Assembly (NCBI GenBank): GCA_002633005.1
Contig: NMRA01000027.1
Coordinates: 1,291,788 to 1,355,787 of the forward strand
Reading direction: 5' to 3'
Source: Phoronis australis
Taxonomy: Eukaryota; Animalia; Phoronida
Length of the DNA stretch: 64,000 bases
The notes beneath the pieces are model-generated. The model worked only from the letters and a program-made list of their open reading frames with translations. It was not told where the DNA came from and made no database searches. Shown here piece after piece: positions 1 to 11,966 of this stretch (its first letter is position 1; each line of letters starts with the position of its first letter). The position numbers and the translations under genes are program-made.

Positions 1-1838
1 CGCTTCTATCTAAAATAACTCTCAAAGACATTGATGAAATTTGGACACTTCCCAAAAATTTACTCACAATTCAAATGACAATAAATGCATTGCTTTTTGA
101 CTTCGGTACAAGATTTGTTGTTTAAAGTCTCTAATAGGGGATCGAGAAGGAATTACGTTATTAAATCAAGGTAAACCCATTGGTCATGGATTTGATTTTG
201 GTTTCTGATTTACATTACGAAAGTGGACTGATTGAGAGATGATTTTTTGACAATTAGAAGCTAATATTGTAAGAAATGACAATGTTTCAATGACCTTAAT
301 TGCAGTCCGACATTGGGAAATTCGATTTTTGTCTATCTGAAATAAGTTTCAAGGAAATTGGCGAATTTCGGATAGGTCAGCAATGTGTCGTAAAATGTTC
401 TCAGATGACAATAAATTGTTTATTGGCTTAGGAACTATATTACTGGGTTTAAGTTTATAAACCGTAAATCGAAAACGAAGTTTAATTACTTAAATAAATA
501 AAATCAAACTTATTGGTCATCAACTTGGAAAGGTTGTCTTTGAACTTCCTTGATGTTTATGGTTTCCAGTAGTATTGCGCAATGAATTTTTGTTCTTCAA
601 AACTGAATAGTTTGCTTGCATTTCCCGTGCATACGACACACACGGCATGCGCGCACCCAGCCTAAAATATAGGGGGGCTCGAATTTTCGAAGACTTTGAC
701 CTTTTACTAAAGAAAAAACAACGGATACGGGGTTCGTTCAGGGCTATGAATTGTGCATACGCCGAATCCCGTCTTTTTAGTGGTCTTATATCTCATTTTT
801 CTCAGACTTTTTGTTTCTCTGAGGTGGACCTTTTTACCTTACTTTGTCGAATGGGTAGGGGCTCGTTCGAGCCCCCCGGGTGCGTGCATGCACGGAGCAC
901 GTCATGACAGGCACACCCACGTTACAAATAAAATGTAACCCTGCAGTAGTCTGCGTAGAATCTCAGGTACCCACGAGAACTTAATTTGAACTCCAGACGT
1001 TGAAGGGTGTACATTTTTGGGACACCCTTTGTGTCATTTCCCCGAGCCCAGCAACCAGAAACTGGAATTTTGAAACGGCCACAAAGGTACTCATACTAGG
1101 CACCTCGGGACCTCACCTCTTTCCAAAAATTACTTCAAAGAATGGCCATAATAAAATGAATTTTCCCGAAACCGGATCATGATAAAACGAAGTTGACCTT
1201 GGACCCAGAGCAGAGGAATAGGTACGAATCCACCGTTGGAACCCGGCTATAGTTACTTCAGGCAGCTCCCAGCTACCCGTCAGTGCACTCGGGCCCTAGA
1301 CCCATTCTTACTCTTCGTGAAACTTTGTTGGTTCACGACGGTTACTCAAACCCCCGTTGATGCTTCCCCGGTATTACCCCCACCTATGGCGGACATTGGG
1401 GGTTCGGTACAACTATGGTGACATCCAGAGAACGGGGGATAGCAAGGGGGTAGGTTGGCGAAGTCAAATTGGATTGTGCCTACCGAATAATTTCTTCCTT
1501 CCTTCGGGCCTGGGTTTCACAAGTTTAGATATCAAACATGTTACATAAGATACGTAGTCAAACTGTCCAATCAGCAATCTTAAGTTAAATGGCAAAGTCA
1601 TGTTAGAAGCAGGCACCCACGCTTTAAAATATTTATAATTACCTTCCCTTGAGCATTAGGGGGGTTGCCAAGCTGAAATATGCGCCGTTGCCATAGTAAC
1701 TAGGTTTATTCCACGACAACATCGGCAATTTCAGGTTTGAAATCAAATTCACATTAGAAGCAGGAAACCTTACCAAAAGTACTTGGGGGGACTCTGTTAT
1801 GAAATTTAGAGCAGGTACCGCCAAGCTGGATTGGTTAA

Positions 1839-3581
1839 AGGAGAATGCCACCCAAAAAACCTATTTTGTATCAACTTTAGATTGATTAGTTCAACTCGAT
1901 AACGGCAGGTTCGGTTGCGTTGCCTGACACCTGACGGCAGACGGAGGTGTTGAAATTTTCCAATGACGTAATTGGTTTCACACGCAGTCTGTTCAGCAGT
2001 TCACAACATGGGTTAGTGGTGTCAGCTTATCGCTTGAAGTCATCGTTTAACACCAATAAATCAGCAAACTTTGATGTAAAACCCTTAAAAATACACCGAG
2101 TTCTTATAAAAACGTGTTGTTTTATTTCGCTGTTACGGATATACTGGTATTTGGATACACCGTAGCCTACTAAGTTCGGCAGGCCAATTTACCAAGGTCC
2201 GTAACAAGAGTACGTTAGGGGTCTGTTCGGAGATAAATTCGAAGAATTCTTCCGTGAAATACAGACGGGAGAACCTACATCTGTGTGTTTATACTTTTTT
2301 GAGTTCTAAACACAAAAAACGCTTATTATCCCGGCCAGTGACTCGGAACCCGATCAAGAAGCCCAGCCGTCGCGGCCGGACTGACTCGTTATCCCGGCCG
2401 GGCCAGTGAGTGGCTCGGAACCAGATCAGGCCCGTCGCTGCCGCCGGGAATGGCACGAACATAAACCAACTTGAGTTGGAAACTAAACCTCCAGTCACGA
2501 AAAGACTATAATAGTGAGCCAAAGAAATAATGTGCACGTAATTATTTCAAGTTATGGGAATTAGCCACGAAATTGAAAATCTATTTCCTTGTCGGGGGCA
2601 GCGAAGTCGAGTTCCCCTTCCACAGACAGTCAGGGCAAAGGTTGTACAGTAACAATGATTTGAATAATGTATTTCGTATTTCTAAATAAAGATTCCCCTA
2701 ACATAAGACCATAGCATATAAAATCGAATAATTGTTTCACAACAGCTTTCCCACTGAATTAGCGTGCGTTCACGCGGCCTCGGTGCCCGTCAATTACTTT
2801 TGTTGCCGGCATCAAAAGCTGGTAAGGCAGTGGTTTATTCATTGCTGGCTTCTCAAAACTTTTGCACTCACGAGCACTCCAAGGCATTACAAATTGTATC
2901 TAATGAGACAGACTTTTCAGTTTCATATAAGCATAATTCGTTAGGATCAATTTAGGATGAGAATAATTCATTTTGAAACACATTTGAGAACGCAGAATAA
3001 TAAATGTCTACATGGCAACTCGCCCGGCGCTATTCTATCCCGAATTAGTCAAGAGCTCATCCAATGAAGACTTCACGGGTCGGATCGTTAGGCTTCACAT
3101 GCTATCAGTTCGAACCGGAATACACTGATCAAGAAATACTAGAGAGGCGCTGTGAACATGCACAGGCAACAGAGCGTATGGATAGTTCTTTCGTAAGCCT
3201 GAATTCGTCAGAGAAATCCCTGTCGACGAAATGCCAGACACGGAGATGTTTCACGGCCTCATACTTGCTATTAACAGCATTCCTTTCATTCTTCACTACC
3301 GCGAGCCATTTCCTAATCATTTCGGGCTCTCGAGGAAGTCAAAAAACCATATACCCGCTTTCTTCGCAGCTTCATAGTTCGGACAAGCGGGAACGATGCA
3401 CCGCAATATAGCGGCATTCACTCAGCAGACGAACCACTGACGTCGCTGCGTCGTTTCTCACCTTCCTCACAGGTTAACGCGACACCTGTCGGCAAGGTGA
3501 GGTCGACCGTATAAGAGGCGATGTGGGTATAGATCGATTAAGACGGTAAAAAAGACTAATTAAATCGGGTGGCATTCTCCT
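1839..3581. mobile_element. Internally deleted Kolobok-like DNA transposon
   Basis: TIR AGGAGAATGCCACCC / GGGTGGCATTCTCCT flanked by TTAA on both sides. Minus-strand THAP-like remnant (RCIVPACPN..FFDF..IRKWLAVV..HFVDRDF); plus-strand YQFEPEY motif. Confidence 0.75.
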
Positions 3582-4206
3582 TTAACGTTACCACAGTAAC
3601 CAGGTGTTTCACGAGCAAGATGAACCAATTGTGGCCTTGTTGGCAATCATGTTAGAAGGCAGTAAACCATGTTCAATCATTTTAGGCCCCGAGAACATAA
3701 TGCATTTGCCAAACTTGACCGTGCACCGCTGGTAATCAGGTATTTTGGAATTTCAACAGCATAGTAAGCTGTACACTTCAAATGCCAACACAATCGCGAT
3801 TTTAAAGAGTATAAACGGCCCAGAGCAAACACCTGCAGCCGATTTCATAAAGGTGGTTTAAAGTTAAACCTGGTTTAAACTGGACTTCGAACAGGTTTAA
3901 AGATAATTTACATTTCATAAACGCGGCTTAACTTTTAGATTAGTGGTCTAGTAAAACCCTGTTTAACTCCAGTTTAGACCTGAACTAAACCAGTTTTCAT
4001 TCCTCCAACAAGGTTCATATTCTTTAGACCTGCATTAACATCTTAAACCAGGTTTAACTTTAGACTTGGTCAGACCCAGGTTTAACTGTTAAATATGACA
4101 GACTTGCAACTGAATAATGCCGTGGTGTGCAATTACGACGCAGTTTTAGAGCGGAAATGGACTATTTTCAATATTGAGTTTTACAACGACACAAGATCAA
4201 ACGTAG

Positions 4207-4359
4207 CAGGGGCTGATCCACGATTTTTAAGGAGGGGGGGTCGGATCAAAGATTTTTAAAAGGAGGGTCTGAGTCAACAATTTGAAAATTATAGACTTGA
4301 TATCACTAAAATCAAGGGAAAAGGAGTCTGGACCCCTTGAACCCTTGGATCCGCCTATA
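4207..4359. mobile_element. Short GGATCC-type MITE with 5-bp TSD (CGTAG)
   Basis: CAGGGGCTGATCCA...TGGATCCGCCTATA, flanked by CGTAG on both sides; nested in the Harbinger derivative. Confidence 0.6.
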
Positions 4360-4536
4360 CGTAGAACAGCACGTACCGAAGGGTATCATTCGGATTCCTT
4401 AGAATATGACGGTTCAAGCAGAGCGTCATCGTCGCAAGCTCTACGCGCATGACTAAAAAGGCATATAATGACTATTCTGACCGATTTCCGTCTCAATTGA
4501 TCCCCAATTTAAGGTTGCCTGGCAGAGGTCCTACCT

Positions 4537-4690
4537 CAGAAGAGGGTTTAGAGGGGGCAAGGGGCCATGACCACCCTAAAATTCTTCTAGATTCCATTTG
4601 GCAGTTCGGAGGTGCGAATGTCTGATGGTCAAAATCCTGGCTAATACTTTGCCCTGGCACCCCAAACTCAAAATCCTGGATCCGCCTCTG
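4537..4690 (-). mobile_element. ~155-bp dispersed MITE (same family as 13959-14116 and 28824-28979)
   Basis: Reverse-complement similarity to the other two copies (CCTGGCTAATACT, CTCAAAATCCTGGATCCGCC); no matching TSD. Confidence 0.7.
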
Positions 4691-6215
4691 TGCTCCCCTT
4701 TGGCCGCAAAAATGAGTGCATTTACTATGTTACCGGTAATCTAGAATAAGAACTTTAATGTGTGTACTTGTGTTGGACACAGATAATACAAAATTAAAAA
4801 TATCTCCTCATGATATCCTAGATTTGCCACTGGGTCCCTCACCATTTTTCTGGGCAAATTTTTCACTGATGCCAAACTTTCTTTCTGGTCTTTATTCTGG
4901 AGCAATATCTCTCCAAGCCTGCTGCTTACGTTGACTTGATTTGGCACCAATTTTCTTGTTATCGACTATGACATTGGCTTTTTCTCTGATCAGTCATTTG
5001 AGGAAACATTTTTCCTCGTGAGAAAAGCTTTTAGCCCTTTTTCTCGAATGTCTGCACTGGTTCTACTGCTGTGTGCCATTGGTTACCCACGTGATCAAGG
5101 TTTCATTGAAACACTAGTTTCTTTGTTGGGTTAATCCGGATCAGCACAGTAGGGTGGCTTGGATACTTTAAACCTGATATTACTAAACCAGCTTTATGGT
5201 CAAACAAAACCAGGCTTTCAGACTTTTAAACCATATGTTGGTGAAATGCAAGTTAGGTGTGAAATTAGACCAGGTTTAGGAAAACCATGTTTATGTCTTA
5301 AACCACCTTTATGGAATGGGCTGCAATTGTTTACCAATATATCCCGCAACCAGTAGGAAACTTTTAAAAATCCAAAAATGGTTGTCAAGGCAACTACGGC
5401 ACAAACTTGGAAATTGCCCTGTTAAAACAACATAAAAACTGCGTATACTGGGTGATCTAATACAATAGAGTTGCATCAATTTATAACTAAAACAAAAGGC
5501 TTGTATGTCAAAACCAGTCGCACTAATTTGAAAATCCTAAAATAGTAGCCATGCCAACCACTGCAAACAGTCCTGTGTGGTCACGAAAATCGTTAAACCC
5601 ACATGAATGAACGCAAGCATGAGTTCCGGTTAATTCAAACGTTATTTCTTCGTTAGTTGTAGTTGCTCGGTTTAACTGTAACATACAAAAGCGTTCCATG
5701 AGACAATTGAACAATGCGTTTATTTAGTCGTTTACAAAGTTACAATGAATACTAATATTTACACTTGACTGTATGCTGACTCAAACAAGTACGTTAAATG
5801 GAATCGAAAAGGTACTTGAGAATACCCGTTACAACGTCGAAGTTCTGACTATATAACAAAAGTAACTGTAATATACTTACACCACTTTGCGGCATATATC
5901 ACGACGAAACTGTAACATGGGCGGCGCAGCACTGCAAAAAGTGGGGCTAAAGCCCCCCCCCCCCCCNCAGCCCTCCTGTGGTGCACTGCCTATAGACCAT
6001 GGGCGGCCGTAGCACTGACTCAAATGTGGGGCCGTAGCCCCCAGTCCCCTATGGTGCGCCTCCCATGTGTAAGCAAACTTTCCGGTAAAGGCGTTGGAGT
6101 AAGAATGAGCCAAATTGGCGCGTGGCATCTACAAACCATGGTCTGTCAAACAGTCTCACACATGCAAAGTACTATTGAAAAATACAGTCACGTGGGAAAA
6201 CAGACGCGGCAGAAG

Positions 6216-6630
6216 TGCTGTGCGTGAACTTGGAATCTTGCTTACTCTCAAGATCGCGTATGCGTGAACTTGGAATTGAATTCTCATTTGTGCAATCAAG
6301 TGAATTTTTTCCTCTGCCTAAAGAATTTTTGTAATTATTGGCCTTATGATCACCCATTTTCTCCTTTAGCGTACAACTTGAGTCAAAGAATCAGAATATG
6401 CTCAGTGCTAAATCAAAATATTCTTTGGTGAATAAGATCGCCAATAGTTGAAAAAGGATTGGTTAAAATGTACGTTATTTTATCAAAATGTTATTCGATT
6501 TAGTGCAATGCAAATTTTTATCAACGTGAACGCGATTATTTAAGAGAACTTGTCAACTTTTCTCGTGTATTCCAAGTTCACGCACATGCTATCTTGAGAT
6601 TAAGCAAGATTCCAAGTTCACGCAGAGCAA
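6216..6630. mobile_element. MITE with ~60-bp terminal inverted repeats
   Basis: TGCGTGAACTTGGAATCTTGCTT...TGCGTGAACTTGGAAT mirrored by ATTCCAAGTTCACGCA...AAGCAAGATTCCAAGTTCACGCA. Confidence 0.7.
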
Positions 6631-6970
6631 AAGCCGCATCACAAACACGAAAAACCACCAACAGGTGGCGTCTACAATCAAGCTATTCTAAATACTAACA
6701 GAGTGCGTCGGTACTAATAATCCCGTTAACTGCTTCTTTAACAACATAAAATTTGCGTAAAACGCATACAACAGAATGAAATGAACAAGGCAAATACTTT
6801 TTGTTGGCTGTATCAAAGGTGTGCCATCAATACAAGTACCTGTAGCACAATTTTACAAATATAATAAACGGTTACCATGACAGCGGGTATGCATATTGAT
6901 CACAAGCATTCAAAGCAACGCCATGGGCTCGACATGAGCTAGTAAACACTCGAAAAACCAAGTGTAACAA

Positions 6971-8023
6971 TCAAAATGAAATGACGTCCAGTTCTGCGTT
7001 GTTGACTTCATGCATGCAATTAACAACTCCTGTACGTTCCGGTAAGAAATAATTGACATCGGGTCTTAGAGATGGAGAAAATTGATTTCTGGACGATCGA
7101 ATATGATGCGTGTTCCAAAGCATCCTTATTTGGTCCAGTTCAATTCTCAGCAGATGCATATAAGAAAACCTGCAACAGTCTATGTGGATGGTATTCGACG
7201 TGTCAATTACATGTACTCCAGCATGAGCCAGCTGAAATGATCAATCCATGTTGTCATCCCTACCGAACTTACTCCACCAAGATTCCATTCTTTGGTTGGT
7301 TGTGGAGCATCTATATAAAAACGAAGTCTGAAGTCTACCGCGGGCGTCATTGTTGGCACTGCGCAAGAAGGACTGCATCTGCTCAATGTGCACGTTTTCA
7401 GTACCACGATCTGCCCTCACCACATTGGGCAAGCCACCTAGTTGCACAATTGCATTTGAAAAGTAATGGCAAACCACGGATGGATCATTGTTTGTTGAGG
7501 CTACCTCTAACCATAAAATCCTGCGAGAAAAACCGTCAATTCCACCGTGAATAGAGAAACCGAAGGGTTTTAATTTGTCCCATCCGTCAACATGCCAGAG
7601 ATCATTTGGACCTTTGGCGCAATATTGCCTTCTTTGAAGACGTCTTTTACTTCTTATTTCAACACCTTCTGGGTCTAGGTGTTTTAAAATGACTCGCACA
7701 GTGTCGCGATCACTGATGACTTGGTGTACCTTCTGTAACTTGTCGTGCATTGCCCGATAACCAAGATGCTTGCCGCTGCCGCGTAACTCATGTTCAATAA
7801 CCCTAACAACACTATGAACGGGTTCTTTGTGGCAGCACCTCCGCCCTAGCCCAAGTCTCCTTAAAACACGTTTCAACTGAACAAGGCTAAGGCAGTAATC
7901 GTGATAAACACGCAAAAAGTCAATAATCTCCCTATACTTGAACCCCAGATCAAAGTAATACGTAATCACACTGTCTCTGTTAAAGTCCGCGGCAACTCCA
8001 AGAGGCAGACAAGGCGCCGACAT
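6971..8023 (-). pseudogene. DDE integrase-core/transposase gene (IS3/IS481-like eukaryotic type) with two frameshifts near 7250 and 7220
   Basis: ORF 7241-8023 has an HTH-like N-terminus, LGYRAM, GPNDLWHVDGWDKLKPFGFSIHGGIDGFSR, RADRGTEN and NQRMESWW (D-D-E triad). It continues in shifted frames as GMTTWIDHF and then HIDCCRFSYMHLLRIELDQIRMLWNTHHIR..RPD. Confidence 0.85.
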
Positions 8024-8134
8024 TGCAACCTAATCTAAACTTTGTTGAACAAAATGGCTGGCACAATCGACCTTCACCTACAAGACTTCATCCAATCACA
8101 ACACTGATGAAAATAGGTGCCCGGATGTATAACA

Positions 8135-8385
8135 TTTTCACCCAGGTGAAAATAATTTCCACCCGGGTGAAAATAATTTCCACCTAGGTTGAAAAAGTTT
8201 CCACCGGGGTGAAAATAATTTCCACCTAGGTTGAAATAATTTCCACCCGGGTGAAAATAATTTCCACCTAGGTTGAAATAATTTCCACCCGGGTGAAAAC
8301 AATTTCCATCTAGGTTGAAATAGTTTCCACCCGGGTGAAAATAATGTCCACCTAGGTTGAAATATTTCCTCCTAGGTTGAAAAGG
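8135..8385. repeat. Tandem array of 12 palindromic 21-bp units, mostly alternating A/B
   Basis: A = TTTCCACCCGGGTGAAAATAA, B = TTTCCACCTAGGTTGAAATAA. Confidence 0.95.
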
Positions 8386-10829
8386 AAAAAATAAAAAAAT
8401 TAATAAACTAAAATAGCGATGATACTTTCGGGCCACCGTTGGCCTCACTCCTGTGCGCCGGATATTCGGTGTTCTTTTCCCGATTTTTCTTTGTTCGTCA
8501 CCCGGCGATCGTGTCTTCACTCGTTCTCTCCATATAATTGCTATTTAAACATTTGGGCGCTTATGAGTCACAGAGTCGCCCTGGTCACCCTTGACCTCTG
8601 AAATTGGAGTAAGGCTAGGCGCCGCCACGAAAGTTAAATCGGTCCTCTCTAACCGAAACGTGTATTCGAACAATGAGCTATACCAGGAGCTCATTGATTC
8701 GAGTAGCTAAGTAAGATTCTAGGGCTTGCCTGCCACACAAATGTCATCAAAGTCATTGAAGATGCAAACTAGATAAATCTAGGAGCAACGTCCCTCCATT
8801 GGTTCGCGCTGTTCAAACTTTTGCAACTTGAATGATTGCAAAGCTTCCAGTCAATGACGTATTAATACACGAGAATAATGCAGTGCCAATTTCACAAGAA
8901 AACAGTCTTGTGTCTAATGTTGGTTACACATTCAATAACTAGCTTTCTATGAAATTAAAAGCCTCGAAATACTTCTATTTGATGAGGAATTCCATGTGTT
9001 GGGACATTCGCATTGATTCTTCCCTCGTTACTGAAAACGTGCTATCTAAGGAAAAATAGGTCTACAACAAAATATAATGTGACCTCGGCATTTGCTTCCT
9101 TGGCACTGTATACGTGCTATATACGGAAAAATAGGCACAAAATTTCACGTGTAGAGTATTGTTATACTTCGGCTTCGGATGTAAAAAAGACCAGGATTTG
9201 GCTCGTTTGCTAGAAAAGAATAGTTCTGTTGAAGAATAAATTTGTCAAATAGTATGAGAAGCTGTAGTAGACTTTAGACAACTCGGCCAGTCTTAAATGC
9301 ACTGGCGAAGACGTCCCCAGTGACCGCTGGAACAGACGACGACCGCACCAACGACTGTCCCTCGAAGGACCCCAAATTGCGAGTGAAACGGTCGAAAATA
9401 CGATTGGACAAACAATACGAGTAGATAATTGGCCATACTCATACGACCGCCGAGCCGAGGCTCGTTTGTTTATCTGGTCGCACTTCCGACGAGCTCAAAT
9501 CCGGAAATACAAGTTGCAAATCTGTCGCAACTTGTATTGAGCGGACATTTTCGCCTGTGTCGAGCGCTGAAGGTGGGCGGTATTACTATGAATGATGTTC
9601 AGTGTTTTTGTGAACACCACATGTTTAGTTTTGGGCGTAACACTTGCATTATTTCCAAGACAATTTGTGTTCTATTATAAGAGCAAGTTAATAATTTGTT
9701 CCTATGTGTTGCAATGGTAAACATTTTCTGTAACACAATGTCTTGGGGTGTCCTTGCTTTAATTTTATTGCACGTGCAGATAAGCTAGTACTAATTGTCA
9801 CTTTTTATATATTTTTAAATATGTAGAAATAGTTATATGTTGCAGATTCGTACTAGTTAATACTTTGAGAAAAAGTATCAAATACTTTGGCATATAAACG
9901 GTTTTTGCATCTTCACAAATATTCTTATTGTGTAGGGAGACTTCCACACCCCTCTTCCACTGTTCTGAAATAAGATTAGCTATACTATTTGTACTTCAAA
10001 TAAGAATTCATGAATAAATGACAAACACACTACTATTGTCTTTCGATTTTAGTACTTTGTTTTTCGGGATTGGTAACTGTGTTCTCCTTGAGAATACTTT
10101 CACTTTCAGGTTACAACGTGCCTCTAATGTAAATAAAATATGTGGCTCAGAATTTCTCAACGTACTAGATTTAAATGGATAATTTTGTAAAAATTGCAAG
10201 CCCAATTTACAGTTCAATTGATTTAACGTCTGTGTCTGGCATACGCAATACATTCGAAAACTTCGAACTTGTCAGTGCATATCATAAATTCCCACGGATG
10301 AAGCTTATATTCGAATAAAAGGTACCCAACTTGAAAATTTCTTGGGAAGCACATTATTTTGACACATACGATCTATTCTGATTTTTGCAACATGTACTAT
10401 TTTTTCTGCTATTTAAATTCAATATTTTCATGGAATAGTTTTTGTCAGTCAATACTGTATTAATTGTGATGTGATAGTACATATCATGGCTAATTGACAG
10501 AAACATCGACTTGCCTGAAATCGTTACAGCCGAATATAAGCTTATTGCGTTATTTTCCGGATGGCTGAATTTTTTAACTTTTCCAGAAAAATATTTTTCT
10601 TGTACGGGGATCGAAATTTTACTGCAGTTTTGAGTCATTTTCTTTCTTTTGCATTGCTACAGAGGGTAAACTTTTACTGGAATCTTCTTGCCCAATTAAT
10701 ACATTTTCAACCATTAACCGACTGTAGGGTTTCCTTTCACCCACATTAATTCTTTGCTATAAGACCATTTGATTTAACTTACAGTCTAAACTTTAATGAT
10801 TCAAGGATTCTTCCACCTAGTGAGGCATC

Positions 10830-11760
10830 GTGCCTTGGTTGCTTCTTCTCGTCTGTCGTGGGGCGATTGACTTTTCATGTTGTTTGTTATTGGGGTTGCT
10901 TACTCGGTCAAGTCTAAATCATCAGTTGGGTATCTAGCTTCCTTGCACGTTTCAGCCCTTAATGCATAACAAGGTCCTTTGATTGGCCGACAGTGATCGA
11001 AAGACGAAGTCCAAGCTGGGTCGTATCTGCTATGCCACAACCAACGTGATGCTTTCTCACCAAGTCTACGAACAGATGTCCCCGTTTTCTTTCTCCGAAC
11101 CTCGAGAGGCTGGAACATTGGAGTGCGAATGAAAACCATTTCACCTCTGCAATATTACGTTAACACAAGATACTTGGCTTTCTCTTCACTGTTTTTTCCC
11201 ATGGGACAATAAGAGTGATGGACTTTTGACTCGCTGACCATATCACGAGCGGCCACTACCACCACATGGGAAGAAGAAGTTTTCGCTATAGGTTGCCTCT
11301 CACCTCTCAATAAACCCCATTCAGTATAGAAATATCCTGTACAGCACTGAGTTGACACTCCTGCGCGGACGAATCCGATACCGGGCTGTGGACTGCCTTG
11401 GCTGCGGTGATGTTTTCAACCTCTCCTGGTCGAACACATCAGCTAAAACTTTGAGCACCTGGTCACACCTCCATCTGTACCTGTCTTGCTGCAGAGCAAC
11501 CTTGCAACCTGACAAAACATGAGCACGTGCACCGTTTCCACCACACAGTCGACACTTTCTTTGGTATGAGCACCCACCAGCTTAAGTTCATCGGTAAAAC
11601 ATCATCAACAGGAATGTGATGCACAATGGTTCCATTTGCTATGGGTATGTCTCACGCCTTTCAGGTAGGTTCACCTTGTTCAAGCTCTCTGCTCTCCAAG
11701 CTCCGTAGATCTGGCTTGACGTTCTGATTTTCAGATCACCTCACTTTCTAGCTCCTGCAT
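10830..11760 (-). mobile_element. Degenerate 3' portion of an RLE-type non-LTR retrotransposon (HERO/NeSL/R2-like)
   Basis: CCHC knuckle KCRLCGGNGARAHVLSGC followed by KVALQQDRYRWRCDQVL (RH-DQVL motif). Downstream remnants resemble the restriction-like endonuclease (..EEKAKY..). Many frameshifts; boundaries approximate. Confidence 0.75.
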
Positions 11761-11966
11761 CATTGCATCTTCTCCTCGACTCCACTGTTTCGAGACATAT
11801 GATGTTCTTTTATCGTTTTTCTACATTTGTTTATTTACAAATTAATAGGAGACGAATGTCTTCTCAATGTTGTATACCGTCTATCTTCGCACCCTTGGGC
11901 GTTTAAACAAAGTTGTTCAATAGACGTGCAGTCCGCGTAAACGTTGAGCATTTAAAAACAGTATCG

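Larger units (their letters stand above)
3834..5325. mobile_element. PIF/Harbinger-derived non-autonomous element with Myb/SANT-like remnant
   Basis: Terminal IR TGCAGCCGATTTCATAAAGGTGGTTTAA vs TTAAACCACCTTTATGGAATGGGCTGCA; subterminal TAAACCAGG-like repeats. Minus strand ~4893-5050 reads RKRAKSFSHEEKCFLK*LIREK...RKQQAWRDIA. TSD not resolved. Confidence 0.65.

Noticed and set aside
7072-7554. 160-aa plus-strand ORF and similar short ORFs antisense to real exons (e.g. 12655-12894, 54636-54866)
   Set aside because: Shadow ORFs opposite genuine coding sequence, with no recognisable motifs.
8074-8520. 148-aa ORF with GGNYFHP/GGNYFNL repeats, or a CRISPR-like array
   Set aside because: The ORF is a by-product of the 21-bp stop-free period and starts at a non-ATG codon. 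The repeats are contiguous with no unique spacers, there are no cas genes, and the context is eukaryotic.
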